From Podarcis pityusensis (Eukaryota): DNA of 64,000 nucleotides. The stretch is taken from NCBI GenBank assembly GCA_964106645.2, contig OZ067040.1; one strand, 5' to 3'. The notes beneath the pieces were generated by a model. The model ran no database searches. It saw only the letters and a program-made list of their open reading frames with translations, and was not told where the DNA came from. Numbering within the stretch: position 1 is the stretch's first letter; each line of letters starts with the position of its first letter. The translations under genes and the position numbers were made by a program. This document shows positions 53,353 to 64,000 of this stretch, in pieces.

Positions 53353-55886
53353 GAGAGTTAGATTTAAGTACTTGAATATACGAAATCTGTACCTGGATTT
53401 TGTGTGTGTCCTTGATCTTATCCTCTTTTAAATTTTGTCCTCTATTTCTGTGTATGTTATGAGCCAAGGCACCATTAATGGAAAAATAATGTGGAGTGTT
53501 TCATACACCTTACAAGCCTACACATGCCTACTCACACGTAAGTACCAGGGAGTTCAGTGGGTTGCTGTCTTACACCCTTAAAAGAAGAGTAAGAATAATG
53601 TCCTGATGAGGTCCTGATCCAATACAAATTTACCCTGTATCTGGAAAGATGACCCAAGGCTTTGCTTGGGGTCTGAGTCATTAAACCAGCTTTGTGGCCC
53701 TGAGTTAAGTGGAATATTTGAACAGTATTTGTTCAAAGCTCCTCTCCCAGCTGTTACCCCATGGAAAGGCCTTTAATCTGATAGCCATCATTGGACTAAA
53801 ATAAACTTTTTTTCCCTGTTACACATGCACAAATCCTATTATGGATTAGCGGGATTTGTACGAGCAGAGCATCCGTGCTGTGAAAACGTGCCCCTCAGCT
53901 AAATTCCAGTAAAAGGCCAGCCTCATAAGAGCAAAGTAACTCCCTAACCCCCTCCTATTACGTGAGCAGATGGTTTCTGGTTCCCATAGCTTAAAACACC
54001 GACAGGCCATTCCCCTGGTACTTATGAAGCTACAACAGACGCCAGAGCTCTCTAATTGGGGCCAGTGACACATCTCTCTCAAGAGAGAGCCCAGAGTAAA
54101 GGGAAAGAGCAAACGCTTCATTGGAAACTGATCCTGGGCCTGCGTTTACATAATCAGTTATTCTGGGATAACAACCCCCGGGCACTTTTCTGCCTCTTTA
54201 TTGTTTTGTTTACAAGTTGAAAGGCTGAACCCAAGGTTGAAGAGAGCTGGTTAAACACAGAAACAAAACAAGAGATTAGAAGATCAGAGGTGCTCGGATA
54301 GCTTCTTTTTCTTCCCAGAATACATATTCCTGTGGTAAATCAGCAGGACTGCAATCTCTGCTGGTTTGAGGGCTTAACTGGACTCTCGCAGAAGGCTTAA
54401 TGTTACAGGACAGGAAAGCAACAGTCCCATTCCACTTCTTTCTCTTTTCTTTGTAATGCAAGGAAAATAAAATTATTCCAGGAAAGGCAAATGATGCCTT
54501 TGGCAATACGGATCCTGTAACGTCAAGTTAAAACCTGAGAAATGTTGGACAAATGTCTCAAACTGTTCCCAAGTTGCAATGTACCATGGCATGTTCATAA
54601 CCACCTGAGAAACAGAATGTACCGTCCTGTCAAGTGGTGAGGGGGAAAAAATCTATCATTTGGTATGCAGTTGTGGTAAAATTCCTCCCACCAGGAAGGC
54701 CTCAGTGCAAAAGGCCCTAAATTTGATGGTTTGGAAGTATCTCCTTTCTGAAATCCCATGCTCAGTCATGCTCAGCTAGATGGACCAATGGTCTGTCTCA
54801 GTATAGGACAGATTCCTATATCCCTGGCCGATACATGTAAGTTTTTAAAACTTTTTTTTTTTAACATTGTATTTATGGTTGCCAGATTCTGTGTGCAGAT
54901 TTGCAGGTGCAGATCACCCCTCAGAAATAAATTAGTTCACTAGGAAAACAGCCGAAGTCGGCCTCCAGGGTGTCAGGGCCAATTTGTATGGCAGCCCACA
55001 TTTTTAGGTCTTTATGTGTTTATGCGCTTATCTTAGATTTTAATCGTTAAGCTGTTGTTGTACACTGCTTTAAATGTATATTTTATTCTTGTGAAAGCTG
55101 TCCCAGTTGTGCTTTTCGAGCTGGTCTTTGACCGTAATAAATTATGTTGATGACATTGTATTTTTAAATTGTTGTAACCTGCCCTGGAATCTTAGGGTGA
55201 AGGGCAAGTAAGAAATATAACAACAACAAGAAGAAGAATAATGATGATGATGTTGTTGTTCTGTCAAAACGCCCAGTGTATGAAGCTGTCTCCAGGACAC
55301 AACTGAAAACTGAAGGATGCTTCTGAATCCTCATACTTCATGCTATGAGCTAGTTCTGTAAACGAGTCATTGCAGTAGGTAACTCATGGAAAGGCACATA
55401 GGCTTTTAAACTGCAGTGTGAAAAGTAGCCTATCATGCATTTCTTACATCAGTATCCTACGCTTTGCAGGGTGGGAAAGGGTCGCCATTCAGTGGCAGAG
55501 CACCTGGGCAGAAAGTCCCAGGTTCCATCCCTGGCATCTCCAGGTGGGGCTGGGAGAAATCCCTGTCTGAAACACTGGAGAGTTCAGAGAGCCTGATAGC
55601 TTCACTGTAACTTTGTGAAATAAGATATCTGAGGCATAAGGGCACTTAGGTGTCACAGGTGAGCAGGGATTTCCCACACCCACGCCCAGCATGGACTCTC
55701 ATGATAGTACTACATGGAAAGCTAGTCAAGTTGGCAGCATGGCTGGTGGTGCTGATGTTGGAGTGGTTCCTTAGCTGTCATATGGGCAAATATGGGCAAG
55801 AGAGGAATCGGGGAAGGATTTGCTTCACTTCACTGTGCATTTTCAAAACCCATGTGCAGACGTAACACAAGGGAACAGGTTTTTTA

Positions 55887-57276
55887 AAATTTTAAACCAT
55901 ATTGTCAGGAAAGCATTTAAAAACCATATTGTCAGGAAAGCATTGTTTAATGTTTGGATAAGATACAAGGACTTATTGGAAAATAAAACCCCAAGGTGGC
56001 TGTCACCGATGGAAGCGAAAGCTCTGAAAAAGCTCAATATGGAGGTCGAATGGCCGAAATATTGGGAAATTTTGGAACAAGATGGAGATAGACTGAAATT
56101 GCAGAGTTTTGAGAAATTAAAAAACAAAGTGCGAGACTGGCTTCATTATTATCAGATAATGGAGGCATATAATTTGGACAAGAAAATTGGCTTCCAGGTG
56201 GAAAAATCAAAATTGGAAACAGAACTGTTAGAACCCAAAACTAAGATTTTGTCAAAGATGTATAACTTGCTGTTGAAATGGAATACTCAGGATGAAACGG
56301 TGAAATCTGCTATGATTAAATGGGCACAAGATGTTGGACATAACATAATGATGGCTGACTGGGAACAGTTATGGACCACAGGTATGAAGTTTACGGCATG
56401 TAATGCCTTAAGAGAGAATATTATGAAAATGATATACAGGTGGTACATGACACCAGTCAAGCTTGCAAAAATCTATCATTTGCCCGATAATAAATGTTGG
56501 AAATGTAAAGAAACCGAAGGTACATTCTTTCACCTTTGGTGGACGTGCCCAAGGATTAAGGCTTTCTGGGAGATGATTTATAATGAAATGAAAAGGGTAT
56601 TTAAATATACCTTTCTGAAGAAACCAGAGGCCTTTCTCCTGGGCATGGTCGGCCAAATGGTGCCAAAGAAGGACAGAACTTTCTTTATGTATGCCACAAC
56701 AGCAGCAAGAATACTTATTGCAAAGTATTGGAAGACACAAGACCTACCCACTCTGGAAGAATGGCAGATGAAGGTGATGGACTACATGGAATTGGCGGAA
56801 ATGACTGGCAGAATCCGAGACCAGGGAGAAGAGTCGGTGGAAGAAGATTGGAAGAAATTTAAAGACTATTTACAGAAATATTGCAAAATTAATGAATGTT
56901 AGAATGATGTTGGAATGAAGCTAGGTGGTTTAAGCAGTAATGCTATAAAAGTGTATGTAAAAAAGGATTGATAACAGATGAAAATTTAAAGTTATAGTAT
57001 ATTAAGTTAAAGGAACATGAGAAAACAAAGAGGGAAAGAAATTGCTGACTTAACTAATTGAACTGGAATACAAAAAAAGGAGGTATGAGGAGGTCAGGGA
57101 AACAAGGATATGAATGTAAGCTATGGAAAGATTGACCCATTTTCTTTTTTCTTTTCTTTTTAAGTGTCTTTTATTCTTTTATTCTGTATTTTGTATTTTT
57201 CTGGTATTTTTACTTTTTGTTTTTGTGTAATTCTTTTTTTCTCTGAAATTTTAATAAATATCATTTTAAAAAACAC
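55887..57276 (+). mobile_element. 5'-truncated L1 (ORF2 C-terminal third and 3'UTR) in the PCARE intron, antisense to PCARE
   Basis: Open frame about 80% identical (hand count) to the ORF2 C-terminus at 24010-25000, including CCHC. AATAAA at 57253-57258. 22-bp TSD acacaagggaacaggtttttta at 55865-55886 and 57277-57298. Confidence 0.93.
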
Positions 57277-57443
57277 ACACAAGGGAACAGGTTTTTTATT
57301 TTTACTTATTCCTCATACAAATCCTACTCGTAGGAAAGAGATATTAGTGACAGATATCGGTGCAACGAAGTTACTTGCCTGGACTATAAGGCGAACTATA
57401 CATCTAAATGCAACTTAAAGGCTTTGAAAATACTGACTCTTAC

Positions 57444-60400
57444 CTTGTTTGAATTAGCACAGGTTCACTGCCAGATGTGGCAAAGAATGGTAGGGGACGC
57501 TGAAATCCTGGCCTGCGATCAGAGGAACTCCTCCGTACAAAAGGTTGGGGATTGGCAGCACTGAGGGACAACCTCCTCCGTTGATCCCCACATTGCCTGA
57601 GATGTTTGCTGTTCCTCTGCGCAAATGCTGACCCTTCGGGATGGTCCGCCATAGCCTCTGTTGTGGAGCTGTTAGGTGGCAACACCGGCTTGGCTTCAAA
57701 TAACGAGGAAGTGGCTGGACAAAATATTGAGCGTGTATTGCTGACAATCTTCAGGATGGGCGTCTGCTGCTCATTCCCAGAGTCCAGGTGATTTCGTAAT
57801 CCTTTGTGCAACCAAGATGGGGAAGTTGGTGGGGATGGGGTTGTTGAGAAAGGAGGTGGGCTTGCTTCTCTGCGGAGTGCTGGTGGGCTGGACACTTTCC
57901 GGTAGGTTGGTGGGCTCTGCTGCTTGCGTCCCAATGGTGGGCTAGACAGGTTTTGTTGGGTTGGTGGGGAAGGCTGCTTCCTTTGTGTTGGAGAGCTTGA
58001 TGCCCTGGGATTAGCAGGGGGGCTTGGCTGCCGGTGGGTAGTGGGGGAAGAAGCTTGGTTTATGTGCCTGTGATGTAGTGGTGGGCTTGGGAGCCTTTTC
58101 TCACTGGGGGGTGATGAAGGTGGTGTTCTTGCGGGGGACACCCGTTTGGTAAAGGCAGTCATTTTCTCACTTCCACTGGATGAATCAGGAGAGCCTCGCT
58201 TTTGAGCTGAAGCTGAAGGTGTGCTACAGTCTTTATTTCCTGGCTCAGGTGCATCCTGTTCTGGCATTTCTTTAGGATTTTGAAGAGGTATGAGCTTACA
58301 TGTCTGCTTATACAGATCTGTAGTTTCTTCCACTTCATGTTCCTCTGGGGATGCTGATGACATGTCTTGGTTGTTATCAGACACATAGCTGGAATTCAAC
58401 TCCAGGGAATATTTTCTTGGTCTGAAGTCCACCCTAGCGCTTTTTGTTGCTTTGTTAGTAATGAGACTGGGACTGTTCAGATTCTTACTCGGTAACAAGT
58501 CAATGGAACACAGAGAAGCTTTCATTCGCTGAGAAATGTGAGTAACTTTTTTACCGGTGAAATGCTCATTTGTTTTAGCAATTTCTGAATAGTTTTCTCC
58601 TGTTGTTGCATCTTTTGGATATGTAGCTGAATCAGGTGAGATGTCCATCAACATGTCAGGAGGTGGGGGGGGCAGGTCTTCCATGTCATCACTGTCATCG
58701 CCATCATCATCAGAATCCCCATTTGTGCCACTTCCGCTTGCAAATACAGGTGACCCAGTGGTACCCAAGGTACAGTGTGCTGGATTGATGTTTCGACAAT
58801 TTATGTCTCCTATTGGTGAAACTCTATGTTTGTGATTTAAAGGCGCAAGTCCTCTAGGAAGTGGGAGACTGGGAGTGATGCTTGGAAGTCCAAACTTTCT
58901 GACGCATTTTATTGGGCCCAAAATTCTTAAACTTGGAGGTTTCACAAGACTTTCAGCGGTGCTGAATGTTTCAATTAACTTCTTTACAGATTTGCGGGGT
59001 GGAGCACAACCCACACTGTTCAGCTTCTGTGTTCCAGGAAGCTCATTTTCTTTCTTAGATGTTGAATCCATTGGGGGTGTGGTGCTTGTGACAGGCTTTC
59101 GACATTTCCTTTCACCAGTCTGTTGGCTGATAGCATTTTGATCACGCCTAAACAAAGGGACTTTATCTTGATTAGGCAATATGCTGAAGTTTTTAGCAAG
59201 AGATGCTTTCAGTTTCTTAGTGGAAGATCTATGAATAACATGCTCAGAATCTTGCAAGTTAGATGGCTCTTTGGGGTTCAGTGATGCTGTCTTATCATTT
59301 AGATCCTTGTTTCCATTAAGTGTGTAAAACATTTCCAGCCTTTTGTCAAGCCCCTTCTGAGTCCTTTGAAGTTCTAAAAGGGTTGGGTCCTCGGCATGAC
59401 TTTTCAGAGACTCCTCTGACCTAGACCTTTTCTTTTTAACTGGTGCCTTCTGGCTTCCAGCTGCTGTGCTAGGCCGCCGCAGCATCTTCCCATTTTCATC
59501 TTCCACCCAATCCCTCTTCCCAGATTTAGCAGGGACAAACTTGATCTTTTCACTAATGGCATCTTTCATCTTGAGTGTAATTTCCTCATTCTCTGGGCTC
59601 TCTATCCGTTTGGTGGAAGGCCTCCGTTTACTGTAGGTTGCTGCAGGCGAAGATGTGGGCTGTTCTTTAGTTCCCTTTTCAGACAGACTTAAATTGTCAC
59701 CTTCTTCAGAAAAGCTACTATCATCACTGTCTTCATTTGCGGTTGATTCACAGTCTTTGAAACAACCGCCCTCATGAATGACACCACAATTCATAGAGTT
59801 AGGAGAAGAGGTTTTGGAGATGTTTTGATATTGCAGAACAGTGCTTCCTGGAGCTACAGCTGAAGAAGGCATTACACCCTTGGTAGGTGCAGGTGGGTAA
59901 AATATATCCTTAAATTGTCTTTCCAGGGCACAGTCGTGGGATCTGCCTGTGGCATGTAGTGAAGTGCATGACCACTGGATTTCACCTGATGGCCTGGCTG
60001 GATTTAAGGATGGGTGGTCATGTGAAGAAGAATCACAATTTTTTTGTATTCCCTGTTTATCAAGAAGGTTCAGGTCTTTGACCGATTCGCTGTCAATCCC
60101 AATCCCACTGTCTTCAGAATAAAGAGTCATATCATCAGGATGAGAGTGAGAGGGTTTGACTGCAGATGCTTCAAGGAGTTTTATTGTCCTGAGCAAGCGC
60201 TCATCAAAAGCTTGTTTTGCTTTCAGTTTTTCCTCCAAGCTGCTACCTGCAGACTGTAGAAAGCTACAGGACTCCTGCAGGGCATCAGATGTTAAAGAGG
60301 CCACAGTGCCATTTAACAGCTGCATCTTATTGACTGTGTACTGTAGTAACTGCTGCAAGAGATCTGGTTGTTCTTTCAGGTTCCCTTTGCCAGCTGGCCA

Positions 60401-61189
60401 AGCAAGATTCCCTCCCACATCTCTTAGTAGGCCTTCTCCATCTTGGGCAATTTCTCCCAAAAGATGGTTGATTTCATCAAAACGAAGAAGTAAAAAGCTC
60501 ACCATCTGCTGCATAATCAGTTGTGTTTCTGTGGCCTGGTTGGCCATGCACAAGATAACCTCGTATTTGGAGAGGTTGGGGTTTAAATATGCATAAGCAT
60601 TTTGATGGGCTTTAACAAGCAACTCTGGGAAATCCACCTTCTCCTCTGCCTTGCATTCGGGTGGGTTGGGTTTTTCTTTAATTTTGCAATGACGGCCTTG
60701 TTTTCTCTGCCTGCTGCTCTTTTGCTTTTTCCCTTTCTTTGGATTTTGCTTTTCACTGTTTGCATCGTTGTCTTCCAAAGCAAAGCCAATTTCTTCCGAT
60801 GCAGAAGAGTTTTGCTTTTTGACCTTAATATCCTCAACCATATGGGTGGGAGACACCGTCAGTTCAGATATGGCTATCTCAGTCTCTGAGATTACCCTTT
60901 CCATTTCCTTCTCTTCCTGGTCAATCTCAGGCAGAGAAGGATCCTCAGAGGAGGAGCGGAAATTAACATTTTTGTCCTCATCTGATGAATTTTCAAAGAA
61001 GTGATCTTTATTTTGAGTCTCTCCCTGGCACAACTCCTCAAGATCATATGAAGAGGAGCATTTGATTAGCATTGGGAGCTGGGAACCTTCACCCTCTGGA
61101 TCAACTGGCAGGATACCCCTGTTCAGTGACTTGATTCCATGGGTCACATTATGGTTAGCAATATCACTATGTGAAGGAGTGCAGCCCAT
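57444..61189 (-). CDS. PCARE: PCARE (C2orf71, photoreceptor cilium actin regulator) exon 1
   Basis: Giant 1248-codon exon starting MGCTPSHSD (G2 myristoylation, C3 palmitoylation). Recognisable blocks: KVDFPELLVKAHQNAYAYL, EQPDLLQQLLQYTV, EDSGIG, EDPTLLELQR, SVKKLIETFS, DLPPPPP, RSIFCPATSSLFEAK. Donor AG|gtaaga at 57443. Synteny with TOGARAM2. Confidence 0.96.
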
Positions 61190-61439
61190 TATGCTCCTCT
61201 TCCTATCCTTCTTTACTCCTGAAAAATATCCAACTGATCTAGGAAGGAATAAAAAGGCGGGAAAAACTTACAAGTTCAGTTGATGTTATGCTTCTGATGA
61301 AGCTTTCATCTTGAACAGCCCACAGTTTGGTAGGTTGCCTTCTTAGCTATTACGAACTTCAGCGTTCCCAGTGCATCTCTCCACAAATGTGCACCGTGCA
61401 TTCTTCGCCTTTGCAATTTCCCCTTTGGATGCAAAGCAG

Positions 61440-61600
61440 CAGCTCACAAGCTCCATCGCCTTTAGCCTGAGCTAGTGGATTAAGCGTGCTTGTGTTGTGT
61501 GTATCTTGCTTTTGCCTTGACAGATGTCTACGAGAAATAAGATTTTAAGCTTATTAGGCTAAGTAGCCCTCAGCTAGTTTGTTGCATTTATAAAAGGACT
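61440..61600 (-). promoter_or_regulatory. Candidate PCARE photoreceptor promoter elements
   Basis: TTAATCC CRX/OTX2-type site (GGATTA 61477-61482), CAGATG E-box 61521-61526, TAAGCT variant and minus-strand TATAAA at 61587-61592, all 290-400 nt upstream of the ATG. Confidence 0.4.
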
Positions 61601-64000
61601 TTCTTGTTACATGCTGCATTTGACAAATTAGGTGCTTACACATTACAATACATTTCCCCACAATGTCTCATCGCTAAGGTGCACTTGCTGCTTTTGCAAA
61701 ATCCTAAAAAAAAGAAAAAAGGGTCAGTTGTAAGGCAGTTCTTCCAGGAAATACCCATTTGAATGGCAAAGTACCACTGCATGGACACGTGCAAGGGCAA
61801 AGCATGACGTTGGGAGGATAATGTCAATCAGGAAGAAAGCACAGCACTCCAAGTCAAAAGAGGTAAGAGATGGAAAAGCCTATTTAGGCCATGCATTCGA
61901 GAGTGTCTCCAACTTTTCTGACCTGCAATGTCAAAGCAGTTTTCCTTCTGATGCGTCTCACACGTGCTTCAGCCACCCTTTCCTTCCCCAAACCTATGGT
62001 GCTACATTGCACGAGATTGTAAATGTCAAGAGTTAATTAAGTTTGATTCAGAGAAGATCTCTTGAAATTAGTGTACCAAAGGTAGTCATGCCTGTGTGAG
62101 CCCACTCACAGTAGGAATAACATTAGGTGCAACCCTAAATAATTATTCGAAAGCAGTACCTGACTAAAGTTATAAAATTATATGGTAAGTAGCATAATCT
62201 TATTGCGCCAGCCCCCCACTTCACACCGTTGCTTGGCTGTGGCCAAGTCACTGTCACTCAGTCTAACCAACCCCACATGACTGCTGCAAGATTAAAATAA
62301 AACAACTAATGGTTTAGGATACTGTTGTGATGATTAAAGGCTAAAGCTTTGTTGCAGCAAACAGAGGAGCAGACAGAAGAATGGAAGTTTTGAAGGAGGG
62401 CTGAAGTGGTGCAGAAATTTTAAAGAAAAGGATGAAATGGTGCAGAAGGAAATGAAAATGTTTGTTTGCTCACCTGTGCAAAAAAATACAAGAACATATT
62501 TATGCAGCAGATCTTCTCCTTGTTTTTCAGATTAAATTTTGATGAGTTTATAACTCCGCATCTACCAAGAGATGCACTGATGAGTTCTTTGAATGATACA
62601 TGGATGACAGTTTGTCTGTCTGAATACTAATGAGGAAGATGACGAGGCTATATTTTTAAAGAAAAATTTGGAATAGCCATGGTTATCCACAGGCAGTTGG
62701 TATCGGCTTAATAATCTGAAAAATGACTTTTGCACATGTCATGCTGCCTTTTCTAGTGCCATTGAACATAATTTGGAAGGACGCTATTAATTTCAAAACA
62801 GTGGGTAATGCGCTGGTGAAGCTGATCCCTTCCCACAGGTCAACTCTGACAGGTGGGTGGGATCACTCACTTTTCAGTCACCTGGCATCATCATGACATC
62901 AGATGATTAACAGATGGGTAGGGCCAGTGAATCATCAATTCCGTTCCTACCCCCGATGGCAGCCTCATTTCCTGTCATGGTGTTTCCTGAGTCTCAGATG
63001 GAAGCGAGCGTTTAATGTGTGAAGTAGAAGTTGGAAGTAGGAGGGAAGATGTTAGTGCACACAACTTCATGCCAATGTGGAAGTTACTGTGAGCTGTCAG
63101 CTGTGTAATATGAGGTAATGCATGTTCTTGGTACTTTTGTCCATTTACTGTATTTATTTTTCCTGATTTGAACTATAAAATGGTGATTTTCTTAAGTCAA
63201 AAGGAGAGTACCCCTAAACATTTTTTAAAGAAAAAAGGCAATGGGTAGGGCTGCCTACCAGTCAAAGTTGACTTACAGGGTGGGAGGAGATAAGAATATA
63301 GACCATTGGGCCAGAAATATTTCCCGCCTTTGGTCTTGCATCTTCCCAACACAAACTTAATATGAATGTTTGTCAAATACCTAACATCCTCAAAAATAAA
63401 AAGTTATGCAACAGCAAAGTAATACTTTGTTTAATCCTTTAATCTTGTTTTTGTCTTCTTGCCTCCTATAGTCTGGCTACAATATCTTCTTTTTGCCTTT
63501 AACTTTGACTTGGCGTACAAGAATACCTGCAGCAGTTTTTGGGTGGCCTATGAATTATTCACCAGAGTTGCATATCTCGGCATCATGGTTGCATTTACTA
63601 TTCTGTTCTGTGCCAAGAGCTGGATGAAGACAAGCTGGTGCAGCTGATTAGTCTAATGAAAATGCCCTTTAGGTAATTTTGGATGGGTTCCATCTACTTT
63701 ACATCCAATACAATCCAGAAATGGAATCTGTTTACATATTCTAGTCTCATGAACATTTTCACAGGGCATGGGAGATTTGGTATTGTGTTTGTTTACAACA
63801 TTTATATACCACCTTTATGAATTATGTATCTATCACTTTTTCAACGTATGCATTATTTTTTACAGTTCTCATCCCATGTAACCTTACAATAACCTTGTGA
63901 GGAAAATTTCCAGTGTGAGAGAGTATATTATCAACACTTACTGGGTTGGAAGAGAATCCACAGCTCATATATCTAATCTAAGTCCCCATTTGCACCATAT

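Noticed and set aside
55820-56902. 360-aa ORF as a standalone or domesticated gene
   Set aside because: It starts at TTG in flanking DNA and reads through the TSD into a 5'-truncated L1 ORF2; there is no ATG start or promoter evidence.

Overview
Squamate (lizard, probably lacertid given the Sauria/POM-type SINEs) genomic DNA with two convergent, cilia-related genes. On + are the last 13 coding exons of TOGARAM2/FAM179A (1567-37264), all in phase with GT-AG introns. On - is the complete two-exon PCARE/C2orf71 CDS (61189-57444 joined to 51953-51824, 1291 aa). The 13.5-kb TOGARAM2 intron at 21156-34683 holds a full-length ~6.1-kb L1 in antisense, with an intact ORF2 and an ORF1 broken by one in-frame TGA. 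This L1 sits in the microsatellite tail of an L2 fragment, beside nested Sauria SINEs. A 5'-truncated L1 of a sister subfamily with a 22-bp TSD lies in the PCARE intron. The rest is SINEs, CR1/L2 fragments, Tc1/mariner-pogo MITEs, a solo LTR and microsatellites. I see no demonstrably new gene system. The best leads are: (i) a possible 'gene-breaking' architecture in the full-length L1 (host-sense splice acceptor, stop and poly(A) signals at one end; candidate antisense promoter and splice donor at the other); (ii) a bipartite, fixed-spacing motif conserved in otherwise divergent L1 3'UTRs; (iii) co-varying hairpin arms in a MITE family. Repeat family names and orthology come from manual recognition, not database searches.
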